From Haliotis rufescens (lineage: Eukaryota), in contig NW_025964376.1 in assembly GCF_023055435.1 (NCBI RefSeq), positions 1,240,001 to 1,304,000 of the forward strand: a stretch of DNA of 64,000 nt, read 5' to 3'. Within the stretch, counting starts at the first letter, position 1; each line of letters opens with the position of its first letter. Below are positions 24,601-37,635 of this stretch, piece after piece. The notes under the pieces were generated by a model. The model did no database searches, was not told where the DNA came from, and saw nothing but the letters and a program-made list of their open reading frames with translations. The position numbers and the translations under genes are program-made.

Positions 24601-25296
24601 TGATGGATCCAAGGACGGTGGCAAGGTGGCATGTGCCACTGTCGTTGGATCAAAACATTTATCATCTAAAATACCAGACAATAGCTCTATTTTCACTGCT
24701 GAGGCCAATGCTTTTCTTACAGCCTTAGTATACATTCAACGACAGTCTGCATATAAACAATTTATCATCTTTTTTTATTCTCTTTCTTGTCTTCAGGCAC
24801 TGAAAAAAGTCTCTTCTAATCATCCAATTATTTTAGATATTTTAGAACTTTATAATGATCTTTCAACTGGCCAATATGACATCGTCTTTTGTTGGTTGCC
24901 CAGTCATGTGGGCATAAAAGGCAACACATCCGAGATCTTGTGCAAAAGAAGTGGGACACCCAAGTAGGTATAAATAAATTACAACAAATTAAGCCAACCA
25001 TCGGTTACACCTTCTTGGGTTGTCAGTCCAGATTGGAAGAGGTCATAATGCGACGATGTCGTATTGGCCACAGCAGGTATACACATGAACATGTACTGAA
25101 AGGTGGGGATCCTCCATTTTGCATCCCTTGTGATGAGAGAATCACGGTCAAGCATGTCCTGCTTGACTGTATTGATTTTGCCATCACAAGGGATAACTAT
25201 TTCAAATCATCATCTCTTAAGGATCTTTTTAATAGTATTAGTTGTCATTTAGTTACGGGATTTTTAAAAGAAATAGAACTTATTGATAAATTTTGA
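21687..25296 (+). pseudogene. LINE ORF2 (APE endonuclease, RT, RNase H, zinc finger), disrupted
   Basis: LQET, GDLNGH..WG, GSDHFP; YRPISLTSCVCK, FFDLEKAYD; FTDGSK, WLPSHVGIKGN; CIPC..HVLLDC. Confidence 0.95.
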
Positions 25297-25777
25297 TTGT
25301 GTAGATAGTAAATTTTTATAATTTTGGTAGTGTTTAATCTGTAACTTAGATGGTAAGTGGCTGTATCCTCAAACGGGGTTGAAGTAGTGTCCCTCTGAGA
25401 GGGAGACCACATCCGGAAAGTACTTTTATTCCAACCACAGCTTTTAAATGTAGTATATTTGTTTCTTGTTAATTCTGGCTTAATTGCGTACCATCGCAAG
25501 CAGCTGAAGGAATGGTGTAAATCCTGCTTGGGAGCCATGCAGGTAGTAGAAGCGTTGTTAGTCCCCATGGTCCCTAGTAAGGTGGCCTGACTTTGGTTGC
25601 TGGCGATCTATAGCCCGATTTTATAATGTATTGTTGAATAATAGGTTATTATTTCAATTGTTCTAAACTAGTTTTACTTATAAACTGTGATATACTAGTT
25701 AGGTTTTATATTAATGTTCAAGTTACGATATGGCTGAAATATTGCCGACGTGACGTTAATTTTAGCTCACTCACTCA

Positions 25778-27840
25778 GTCAAGAGATGAAGCTCAACTGT
25801 GTCATCTGTGTCAATGAGATGAAGCTCAACTGTGTCAACTGTGTCAAGAGATGAAGCTCAACAGTTTTAAGAGATGAAGCTCAGCTGTGTCAACTGTGTC
25901 AAGAGATAAAGCTCAACTGTGTCAAGAGATGGAGCTCAACTGTGTCTGCTGCGTCAAGAGATGAAGCTCAAAATGTGCCAAACTGATGAAGCTAAACTAT
26001 GTCAATTGTGTCAAGAGACGAAGCTCAACTGTGTCATCAGTGTCAAGAGATGCAGCTAAGCTATGTCAATTGTGTCAAGAGATGAAGCTCAACTGTGTCA
26101 ACTGTGTCAAGAGATGAAGCTCAACTGTGTCAACTGTGTCAAGAGATGAAGCTCAACTGTGTCAACTGTTTCAAGAGATGAAGCTCAACTGTCTCAATTG
26201 TGTCGTGAGATGAAGCTCAACTGTGTCATCTGTGTCAAGAGATGAAGCTCAACTGTGTCAAGAGATGAAGCTCAACTGTGTCATCAGTGTCAAGATACGA
26301 AGCTCAACTGTGTCTGCTGTGTCAAGAGATGAAGCTCAACTGTATCAACTGTTTCAAGAGATGAAGCTCAACTGTCTCAATTGTGTCGTGAGATGAAGCT
26401 CAACTGTGTCATCTGTGTCAAGAGATGAAGCTCAACTTTTTTAAGAGATGAAGCTCAGCTGTTTCAAGAGATGAAGCTCAACTGTTTTAAGAGATGAAGC
26501 TCAACTGTTTCAAGAGATGAAGCTCAACTGTTTTAAGAGATGAAGCTCAGCTGTGTCAACTGTGTCAAGAGATGAAGCTCAACTGTGTCAAGAGATGAAG
26601 CTCAACTGTGTCAACAGTGTCAAGAGATGAAGCTCAACTGTGTCAACTGTGTCAAGAGATGAAGCTCAACTGTTTTAAGAGATGAAGCTCAACTGTTTCA
26701 AGAGATGAAGCTCAACTGTTTTAAGAGATGAAGCTCAACTGTTTCAAGAGATGAAGCTCAACTGTTTTAAGAGATGAAGCTCAACTGTGTCAACTGTGTC
26801 AAGAGATGAAGCTCAACTGTGTCAACTGTGTCAAGAGATGAAGCTCAACTGTGTCAAGAGATGAAGCTCAACTGTGTTTGCTGTGTCAAGAGAAGAAGCT
26901 CAACGGTGCCAAAGTGATGAAGCTCAACTGTGTCACTTGTGTCAAGAGATGACGCTTAAGTATGTCAATTGTGTCAAGAGATGAAGCTCAACTGTGATTG
27001 CTGTGTCAAGAGATCAAGCTCAATTGTGCCAAAGTGATGAAGCCCAGCTGTGTCAAGTGTGTCAAGAGACGAAGCTCAACTGTGTCAACTGTGTCGAGAG
27101 ATGAAGCTCAGCTGTGTCAATTGTGTCAAGAGATGAAGCTCAACTGTATCAATTGTGTCAAGAGATGAAGCTCAACGTCTACTTCTGGCCTCACCAGTTG
27201 TCAGGGATTTGTAGACAAGAGACGAAGCTCAACTATGTCAATTGTGTCAAGAGATGAAGCTGAAGACATGTTTTGATCCAACGACAGTGGCACATGCCAC
27301 CTTGCCACCGTCCTTGGATCCGTCAGTAAAGATTAAACGGTGAGTGTCATATTTATTTCTTAATTGTACATATTCCTGTTGAATTATAAGTTGATTTGTG
27401 TCAGATTTAATAAAACGGTTCAGATAAACGTCTACTTCTGGCCTCACCAGCTGCCAGGGATTTGTAGACAAGAGATGAAGCTCAACAAGGTCAACTGTGT
27501 CAAGAGATGAAGCACAGCTGTGTCAACAGTGTCAAGAGATGAAGCTCAACTGTGTCAATTTTGTCAAGAGATGAAGCTCAACTGTGTCATTTGTGTCAAG
27601 AAATGAAGCTCAACTGTGTAACAGTGTCAAGAGACGAAGCTCAACTGTGTCATCTGTGTCAAGAGATGAAGCTCAACTGTGTCAAGTCAAGAGATGAAGC
27701 TCAACTGTTTCAACTGTGTCAAGAGATGAAGCTCAACTGTGTCAAGTCAAGAGATGAAGCTCAACTGTTTCAACTGTGTCAAGAGATGAAGCTCAACTGT
27801 GTCAAGAGATAAAGGTAAACTATCAAAAGGTCAACTGTGT
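25778..27840. repeat. Minisatellite 2, right part, containing two antisense LINE fragments
   Basis: Same units as 18798-19699; non-unit inserts at 27174-27225 and 27268-27475. Confidence 0.97.
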
Positions 27841-30800
27841 ACTCAATACCGTAATAGTGTCTGTTCTCACTTTCCAATAGAAATCACACAGAGACTGTTG
27901 ATGGATTACAAAGGGCTTTGTGATGGATTGAAACCTCCCACGAGAAAGTCGTGTTGTGCCTAATGGGCTGTCTAATGGCCACAGTTTCAAATAATTGACC
28001 CACGGAAGCCCACAGGGGAATATATAAATGTGCTTAAGGAACCTTTATTGAGTAAACAATGAATTTCTGCCATATATCTGTGTCATATTGTATTCATACA
28101 AGGGTATTATTGGCACAGAATTTGCCAAGGGCCTCGGATGTCAGTAAGTGTAAGTTAATTATCGATAAACAATGAAGATTTTTATTTTTTCTCATGGTCA
28201 GTATTGAGGTTTGGGAGTCATAAGATGCTGATGTCATCACACGTAGGATGCGTATTCAATCAAGGCACATTCACAGGACTCACAAAATCCGAATTCAAAG
28301 ATGTGTCAAGTCTGTGACACTGCCCTTTCAACCCGGCTTTACATCTTTAAGCTATGGCCAATACACACTGCACCTCGTTTGCCCATCACTCATCTTATAT
28401 TTCAATCTCTTCAGTGTCAAGTTCCTATTTGGTCATGGTCACTTGCCGCTGTTCCCCAAGGGACAATTGCTTCACATTTAACGACTTTCATTATGTTTTA
28501 TGTTCCCTAGCTATATACAAATCCCAAGCTGTGGTGATAAGTTTGTATATGTAACAACAGCACTGGTTCAATAGGTTGCATACTGGGATAATTGCTACAT
28601 AAACTTGTCCATTGAATAAACCGTTACCAGCAAAAAGGAAAATTCAATTTCTAAAACATTTTCACCATGGCGAACAATGTGACTTAATGAATAACACTAT
28701 TGTGGCAATAGCTCCAACTAAAACAAATCAAATTCGGAAAAAAGTACGAATGCAGAAACATAAAAAAATAAACATTCACCGTTCAAGTTGACTTAAATTT
28801 TCGATCAATAACATGAAAGAAACGGATGTTCCAGTGAAGTTTTTCAGTTTCCTGTTCTTTATTTTTATCCAATCAAGATTAGCTCCGAAGCGCGGCAGAG
28901 CTCATGACATTAGAGGGAGTAAAGCATGATCCCTAATGGTTTTAAATGTAACGCGATGGGTAATTCAATAATGTTCACCTAGAGAACTATTAATGATTTT
29001 CAATTTTGTTTGTGTCAAGCAGGGATTTCGGGAATATTCTGTATGAACGTGTTGCTTTAAAGCGTCTTATACGGGGTTAATAAGAACACTACAATTAGTT
29101 CAATTTTTAAGAAAGCGCTTAATGGGATTATTTGATCACGTTAATCCTACTCCGAATACTCAGTGATAGCCTTAATCCTGGGAGCAGAGAACAGCTAACT
29201 ATATCAGAATGGTCATTACCATCAAAAATATCGATCACTTTTCTGAAAGTAAAACTATGCAAGTAGGATTATAATGTAGATTGGCAATTAATGGAAAGTT
29301 TAAATTAGCGCTATCCCCAATAACAAAATAACAAAAACATTAATACGGTCCTTCCACGTGGCTCTCTGGCACATAAAACTCCGGACAACACTAATGACTG
29401 GCGAACCCTTTACACGCTGCAGGGATGTTCTCGTTGCACATCGGGGCAGTCGGCAGAAGTGTTCTATTAGTCTGATGGAACGATCGCTGGTTGACAGAAC
29501 CGCGGCAGCATTCTGTTAGAAGGCAGGAACAGGTATCGCCATGTAAGTACATAGCACAATATGATGCGTTCTGTACCTCCATGTTCAAAGGAACGGAACC
29601 TTTTTACATAAATTCATGTTTTTTCTTACTACTTATGTTGTCAAGTTTATTCCTTTGAATTGCATAACTGTATTACTTCCTGAACTGATTTACCAATGTG
29701 TTGATTAGATGGTGAATGTGTTGTTCTTCAGATTAAGGACTTCCCAACAATGAATTTTTCTCATGTATATATGCGATGTATAAAATGGTCTTGCGATTAG
29801 AGTATGGTTGTAATACGAGTAGTTTCGACACCGAACATTGTTACTACCCTATATTGTCTGTTTTAGAAGGTTACCACTTTTATCTTATACTTCATATATA
29901 AGACACTTCAAAAGAATTAAGAAACTTTAAATCGGTATTCCTGGAGTGCCATGATCATTTTTAAAGGGGGTCAATTCGTATTCTAAAATATTGCCGTAAA
30001 AAGCATATCACATTTACAGGACTTGTGGGGAACTGTACAGTAGGGCGATGAAAATCTCTACTTACTTTTAATGTTGATATGTGACTCAAATTATGTGAAA
30101 TGTTTCCGTTACTCAATGTAAATTTGAGTATTGTATAAAACGGCGAGGGACTAAGGAAACATATATTATTAAACCTGAAGGCAATTTCTTGAAAATTTGT
30201 CGTCCAAGGCGCCAGAACTTCCGTGCAGATTTGATACCCTTGCCGTGACAGGATCCGCTTATCGGGTATGAATAAAATGTGTGGCTCCATTTTGAGTGCA
30301 CTACCTGAATGGGTGTGCTTCGAGGTTTTACAGAAATGTTAAGCCTTTGTTTTTCTTCCCGTGTGCTCCATTACCCGCCCCCACCCCAACCACCCACCAA
30401 CGCCCCCCACCTTCCTCCCCACCCACTTGAATTTTAAACGCCATTCACTCAATATACCATTTGTTTATCAACTCATATTCCGCCAGCACATTTCACTGGT
30501 AATATGATATACAATGTACACTTCAGGAAATATATTTGATGATGAATGAGAAAAACATATAAATATATAATCATTTACATTACAAATGTCATACTTATTT
30601 TGCAAAAAAACATTTCTGAACAAAGCCTGAAACATGATTACATCATGTGCGGTGAAACGTTTAATGAGCGATTGATAAACTATATTATTGTTAAAGTGTA
30701 TCTATTGCTGATCAAAAGGAAACTACATTGAACTAACCCCCAGAGGTAGGCCGCCAACAGATACTTTTTTCAAAAACAAACTGATCATATACATGTATGT

Positions 30801-32753
30801 GCCCGGATAAAAGAGTGTATTTTAAAGGAAGAGAGGAAGCTAGCACCGTCGTGTTCTACACTACTAATAGTTGTATCCATCGGAATTTATCTATGTAATC
30901 GACATCGTACCGCAGCTGACATCGCGGATGGTCTGGCAGTGTACTTTCGTTCTTTCCTGGACATAATAATCCATTCCAATTGCGTTACGTATGTACACTA
31001 TCCGTGTGACAATATAACTTACAATATTACTCACTTGATAAGAGCGAACGAGTGGTCAAGTTGTCTGGCCTTCGCACGTCACTCTGCAGATGTGCGTCCA
31101 AGGGCATGACGGGATCGAGGAACCATGGGTCCGAATCCCAAAGTAACTCTCTCCGTGTTCTTACCTAACCCGTGATCGTGGGTTTCACCTAACATAACTG
31201 GCCTGCAAAATGTCTACAGATTCAGTGACGACACATGGTCTCAATGTCTGCTCTCAAATAACAACAGTCTGGTTTGGATCATGATTCCTGCCGTTCCGAT
31301 ACGCCTCGGGTACATGTAATTTTATTTGCCCTTTTGCTCTTATTCCCAAGACGTATTTGTTAGCTTATTCAAGCTGTGTATCCTAACATTAGTTGAACAA
31401 ATGGCATGGCCAGAAGCCCTTTTGTTGCAGTTTAGATAGCATCTTTATATTCGCTGTGGTCTCACTTTACGGTTGGCGACACTCTCTGAACGCCATTAAA
31501 ACAAATGTAACACTTATGGCAATGTTGAAGAAGGATTTGTAAAGGTATGGTTTAAAAAGATAACCCATTTTATTGTTAGACAAAGACATTGATATAGTGC
31601 ATATGGAGTGAATGTTGTTTGACACAACAGTCAGCAATATTCCAGCTACATCATGGCTGCCTGTTAATAATCCAGTTAGGACAAGGAAATTGAAGACCCA
31701 AGGCATTGGCAACGTTCGATGTCATTGGGCGCGACATGCAATTAACCAAGCTACTGAATTTTACGACCATATCGATTTTGAATGAATCTTTCTCACTGAA
31801 TGTACACATCGAATGTACCACAAACATATCCATATCCATTGTGTGGATTTACCTGATCAACAGCTTACATGGCTTAACACTCACTGAATACATTGTTTAT
31901 CCAGCGCGAGTGCATCCATGCCAAAAGAAAGTGAGTTAGGAAATCTGTGAAATGCATGTTTGAACAGTGTTTCAGTCATATCATGAGGTGTCAGCTTAAT
32001 GTTAGTGGAAAGCTCACAAGGACGCAATGTCATTAAATTCGGATTTGTTATACTCCGATACTATACCTCCAAAGGAGGTCGCGTCATGTGAACTTTCTAA
32101 TCAGCGTCGATGTTTCTAAATTCTCCTGTACGAGTGAGCAAATTAGTCAGACACGCATGTCTGTTTTCTGTACCTTGAAGACGGTTATACTTGGGGAATG
32201 ATGCCGTTCTTCATGTGCCTTTAATTATTATTATTATGTGACCAGCATCTTTTACACTTCTACAATTACAATTCCCTACAGATTCCATTATAGAAAGTCA
32301 GTATTACCACACTGCACCATCCTTCCATGATTGACTTCTTGAGAAGACATTCATTATTACACTTCTTTCAGTTATAATATATGTTCTAATATGATCAGCC
32401 AGCAGTGAATATACTTTGGCGCATTGAGAAAACTGTCCAAATTTTGTAGAATAATCATGTTTACGTTTAACACATGGTGAAGAAATATAAACTGGTTGAT
32501 GTTAACGGTGCAAATAATATTTGTAATCCATGTTGATTCCCAAATGTACAGTTGGAATATTGTACCAATGAATGTGGCCTGATTGTATAAAGTTCAAATT
32601 CAGTCGGTCCCATTGTCCGTTTTTTTGTTAAATCACTACTTCGGCTCATGGGAGATTATGATCTGGAGTAATATTACGACTTTCACACATGAAAGCTGTT
32701 TGTAGTTAGTTCCTCTCCTCCTCACCATAGGCAGGTCAATGTCGAAGATGAGA

Positions 32754-32972
32754 GGGGGCACGGGTGGCTAAGTCGTCTAAGGCGCCGCGATGAGCTGTGC
32801 AAAACACTCCAGAATCCTATGATTGTGGGTTCGAAGCCCGGTTCGCCCCGATTATGTTTCTAGGTTTGTTAGCACCATACCCGTGCTCGTGGGTTTCACC
32901 GAAGTGGTAAACGTCTGAGACCTGTATCACTTCGGACTTTCCTGCCACATTAAGCTGACACGCCGCGATATA
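32754..32972 (+). mobile_element. tRNA-headed SINE, family A, 3'-truncated
   Basis: gggggcacgggtggctaagtcgtctaaggcgcc, B-box-like gggttcgaagccc, family body. Confidence 0.9.
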
Positions 32973-33117
32973 AGATGGAGGAACATAAAGTGAGCATAAC
33001 CGGACAGCAACAGCTTTAAGGGGTGTATTTAGAGGAACAGGGCTATGTATAACACCCTCCCTCACCAATACTGAAGATCCTACCGCGACTCTAGGTCCTG
33101 GAGGAGAGAAGTAATTA
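32973..33117 (-). mobile_element. I-group LINE endonuclease fragment
   Basis: LVREGVIHSPVPLNTPLKAVAVRL matches LVRQGIIHSPVSLNCNLQAVAVRL of ORF2. Confidence 0.8.
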
Positions 33118-33119
33118 TA

Positions 33120-34522
33120 TACTCACACGCAAAAGAAACGCAAGTCGAGTATGCAGTATACATGTTATTTATTTTCAACAGTAAAGACAAGAAATGCTTA
33201 TAGGGCAAGATTGACAAAAAAATTACTAAAGACAGTTTAATCAATTAAAAGTCAGATGACATAATTGTTTTTGTTCGAATGTTAAGGGCTTACATAGTTT
33301 CGGTTCAATACCCAAAATGGCAGTCAATACCTGGTGTGACCACCATTAGAATTGATCACTTCCACACATCTTCTGTACATTGAGTGGATCAGCCGATTTG
33401 TGAAGGCCCTAGGGATCCTCCTGCATACATCCAGAGCAGCTGTGCGTAGTTCATCGGCAGTTGTAGGGACTGGGCGCACATTGTGCAGACGCCTTTGAAC
33501 CTCATCCCACAAGTGTTCGATGGGGTTCAGATCAGGGCTGAGGGCTGGCCGCGGTAGAACACGGATGTTGTGTTGTTGCAGAAAGGCCATGGTAGCTCTG
33601 GCAACATGGGGTCGAGCGTTGTCCTGCTGGAAAATGTGTTGTTGATGTTGTGCAAAAAATGGAACAACGTGGGGTCCGATCACTTGGTCGATATACCGCT
33701 GAGCATTGACGCCGTGTCCCCGACCTTGACCAACATTCAGAAAGCACAGGGGTCCAAGTCTCGCATTAAGTCCAATCCCTGCTCATATCTTGACGCTAGG
33801 TCCACCCCATGGATCCCTTTCCACAACGTTTCTGTCAGCGAAACGATCACCTCGACGCCGCCAAATTCTGACTCTTCCGTCTGCATGGGAGACACAAAAG
33901 CGACTTTCATCAGAGCAGATGACACGCCTCCACTCATGATGACGCCAATTGCGATGACCCTGTGCCCACTGAAGTCGTGCTTGTCGATGCCGTGGTTGGA
34001 GAACAGGACGACGTGCTGGTCGGCGACATCTGAGGTTGTTGGAACGGAGACGTCGGATCACAGTGTCCCGGCTAATGTGTCGATTATGTGTTCCTATGGT
34101 CTGTCGAGCACTTTCACTTGCAGTTAGGAACGGATGTCGCTGGTGTTGACGGGTAATCTGCCCATCTTGTCGAGGTGTGGTGACCCAAGGTCGACCGCTC
34201 CGAGGAAGGTCATATATGGTCCGTGTAGCATTGTATCGATGCAGGAGACGGTAAATTGTGGTTATGTTAACGTTGAAATGACGGGCAACATCTTGGACAG
34301 ACTCTCCAGCTTCCAAACGTCCGATAGCCTGGTTTCTCTGAATTTGAGTTAGGCATGGCATCGTTTTTTATGTTGGGTTTTTACTCGGGGCTTCCAAAAT
34401 GCAACCAAAAATATTGATAACACCATCAGACTTCACTACATGCTAAAACTCGTATCAATTTATGGTTCCGTGTTTGTTACCTATTTGCTTAAAACCACTT
34501 GCGTTTCTTTTGCGTGTGAGTA
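33120..34522 (-). mobile_element. Tc1 transposon (DD34E)
   Basis: 26-bp perfect TIRs tactcacacgcaaaagaaacgcaagt, TA TSD. Confidence 0.97.
33324..34361 (-). pseudogene. Tc1 transposase with one premature stop
   Basis: ORFs 33783-34361 and 33324-33683 share a frame; TGA at 33783-33785 replaces the conserved Trp; ICSDESRF, QQDNARPH, SPDLNPIE. Confidence 0.93.
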
Positions 34523-34639
34523 TAGTAACACTTCTGTTTTCACAAATGCACTTACGAATGATAAAAGTGGGCAATGTTGGATAGAAAACAATTCTGGTTT
34601 TGCACCTGTAGTTGAAATTATGTCTAATCTCCATACAAA

Positions 34640-36660
34640 ATCCAAGAGATGTTATTACAATTTACCGCAGTTGCTATAACAATTTTCGACAGTTTATTAC
34701 AATTCAACGCACCTGTCCCTCAGTATAAATGATATAATTATAAATTAAAACGAAATTACTTTTTCGTTGTTTCATTGAATACGATGGTATTTTGAATGGA
34801 CCATGGTGAAGTCAAACAAACACTGGAATTCTAATGTCTTTGGAATCTGAAGAAATGAGTGATATTATTACAATTTACCGCAGTTGATGTTACAATTTGC
34901 CGCACCTGCCTCTCAAAAAGGAATTATAGAAAGTGAAGGAAAATCCCTCTTTGTCTTTCCTAAAACATGATGGTGGTCGGAATTGACCACGGTGAAGTCG
35001 AACAAACAAACTTCAAACTCATTTATTCTCAGAAAAAACACCCACGGTGGTACATGAGATACAATCATATACAATTTTATTATGTACAAAATGTCAGCAT
35101 TTAACAAGAATAGGATTCGTGGATACTTATACAATTTACCAATTGAATTGAACACATTGTTAAGGAATTTAGATAGGCCTTTTAGATCTCTTACACTGTT
35201 TGTGGTCATAATTTTCTTAAATTGAGACATGTTTGGAAACTGAACATAATACTTATTTAAGAGTTCATATCGCTGTTGGTGAAAAGCTTCACATCGGAAT
35301 AGGTAGTGAAATTCATCTCCCACAGCGATTGAATCACAGAGTGGACACTGGCGGTCTTCCCCGGGAATGTTCAACCATCGGCCAGTTTCAATTTTAGATG
35401 GACTCTTTCTATAATAGTTAGATTCTCGTACCCCTAGATCTCGACACCATATAATAGTATAGGGACGACGATTGCATCAAATGCAGATAAGAGGAAATCT
35501 AATGGCAAAGTAACATTTCGGGAAATTCATGAGTAAGCTGAACATGGCTTTAGTTGCGTTTTCTGACAGCGATTTGACTGCTTGTATATACATCGTCTAT
35601 TCCTGTGTAGTTTTAGGCCAAGGTAGTTATATGAATCTACAGTTTCGATAGGGTCGAAGCCGATAGTGAAACATAATTTCGATTCGTTTGCAGGTCCGGC
35701 ACCAAAGATCACCATTTTTGTTTTTGTTAGATTAACATTTAACTTCCATAGAGCACAGTAGTCGGAAAACTGATTTAACGATCTGTGTAGGTCTTTAGGG
35801 TTATCACTTATTATAGCTGTGTCATCAGTATAGAGCAGTGTTAGGAGCTGGAAAAATACTGTTAGGTTAGTATCGATCAGATTTTTAAGATCATCACCTT
35901 TACATTCATTGTTCAGCAGATATTGTTCGAGATCATTAAGGAATAATGAAAACAGGAGAGAGGAAAGGTTTTCACCCTGTCGTACACAATCAAGACATAT
36001 GAAATCATCAGTGAATACTGGAACTCAAATTAGTTTTCGAATTTGAAGGACTGAGAGATGTTATTACAATTTTCCGCAGTTGTTATTACAATTTGCCACA
36101 GTTTGTTTCAATTTGGCGCACCTGCCTCTCAATATGAATGACAAGAAATTGAAAAAGAATGAGCTTTTTGGGTATCCTAAATGTGATGATGGTCGGAATT
36201 GACATTGGTGAGGTCGAACAAACACTTACAATTCGAATGTCTTTGGAATCTGAAGGACTGAGATTTTTATTACAATGTACCGCAGTTGTAATTACAATTT
36301 ACCTCGTGGCTTGATGGTGGTCAGAAATGACCATGGTGAATGCAGTAGAAGAAACACTGGAATTCGAATGTGTTTGGAGTAAATCCAAACATTGAAATTG
36401 TAATGTATGTAGTCCTGGTCAATACGTTTCAATCGTTTTTTAGACAGGTTTTTGATTTCAAAACAGCTGATCATGAGTCTCACATTTTCAACTTCATGCA
36501 TGTTTCTTTGTATAGTAGCAAATGATAATATTTTATTACTGTAACACTTAACTGCAGTGTTATTACGATTTACCGCAGTATTACACTTAGCTCAGTGTTA
36601 TTACATTTTACTGCAGTTTATTACAATTTACCGCGTTATTACAAGCTACGTCGAAACAGT
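34640..36660. repeat. Degenerate tandem repeat of about 205-210 bp (ttattacaatttaccgcag motif), split by a LINE
   Basis: Units start near 34647, 34858, 36055 and 36261; shorter motif cluster at 36535-36658. Confidence 0.7.
35010..36015 (-). mobile_element. 5'-truncated RTEX/CR1-like LINE
   Basis: VRQGENLSSLLFSLFLND, LLYTDDT, WKLNVNLTKTK, RQCPLC..GDEFHYLFRC. Clade assignment tentative. Confidence 0.85.
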
Positions 36661-37484
36661 CACATGCTTGATGTTAGGGTGACTTGAATACATATCAATG
36701 TATTCAGATGTAATTGTTTGATTTCCACATCTACAAGTTATGGAAAGAAAGAAAATACAATAACATTAACAGTTAAATGTATGCTATATGACAATTCTCT
36801 ATCTTCATGAGAGAAAACGCATAGCAAGAACTGTGTCATATGTAATTGACCACAGATTTCTGCCTATCATCACAATAACACCTTTCTGAAGCTCACATTT
36901 ACTTGTATTACAAAAGTGGGTTAGGACAACACAATACATACATTGAATATACATTGCAAAGAAACAAACACAATCATAGTTTCATGTTCCAAAGTGTTGT
37001 TAACGATTTAATCCCTGCAAGAATGGGAGGCTGTAGTACAAATAACTTAGTACCAAAAATTTGGAGTAACCCCAAACTCACAATTGAACTTTATATGTTG
37101 ATAAACATGGCTATAATAGCTCCCATACAAAATGCCCATAGTATCAAGTGTGTGGGTGTGGCCCAAATCGAGCAAAGCAAAAGGCTACCAAGTTAGCCAT
37201 GTGCTCTGCGTTGAAAGAGACGTAACTCCCATAGCGGTTTAACAGATCGGAGACCGCTATCGTGACATATAAGGAGGGTTACTCCCAAAATCCAATTCAC
37301 TGATGAATATAAACTAAAATCGAATGTACACTTATAAAAGATACATAAAATATGGTTGTATGATAACATAACTAGCATATCAAATGCCTAGCAATATCAG
37401 TCGAATTGTAGGAAAGATAATGTGAAGTGCTTCAGTTAGTACTTCTATGTGGTAGATGTCTGCCGAATGAATATTTCTCAAGCC

Positions 37485-37507
37485 TTGTATTTCTTTTTAA
37501 ATTTCAG
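37485..37507 (+). promoter_or_regulatory. Probable splice acceptor of a 5' UTR intron of the GPCR
   Basis: ttgtatttctttttaaatttcag ends 128 nt before the ATG. Confidence 0.55.
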
Positions 37508-37635
37508 ATGCGTGCCTTTAAAAGCTGAATGAAGAAACGTGTTATCATGAAGAGGACATCAGAACCGTAAAACCTTCTCGTTTTTGTTGTGAAATTATTT
37601 TTGGAGAGGTAAATAAGGATCCTTTGTAACTCAAA

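Larger units (their letters stand above)
19700..25777 (+). mobile_element. Near full-length I-group (Nimb/Ingi-like) LINE, degenerate, inserted in minisatellite 2
   Basis: 5' UTR, ORF1 with CCHC knuckles, ORF2 APE-RT-RNase H-zinc finger, 3' UTR, (CTCA)n tail; flanks gtcaagagat[a/g]aa compatible with a TSD. Confidence 0.96.

Noticed and set aside
18976-27812. Cys-rich small ORFs (QLCQLCQEMKLNCVK)
   Set aside because: Satellite 2 translations.
18798-27840. CRISPR-like array with LINE-derived spacers
   Set aside because: Units are directly tandem without regular unique spacers, there are no cas genes, and the context is eukaryotic.
33783-33785. In-frame TGA as selenocysteine or readthrough
   Set aside because: It sits at a conserved Trp; TGG to TGA nonsense is the simpler explanation.
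33570-34127. 185-aa plus-strand ORF (also 15422-15916, 37911-38159)
   Set aside because: Antisense shadows of transposase or GPCR coding sequence.
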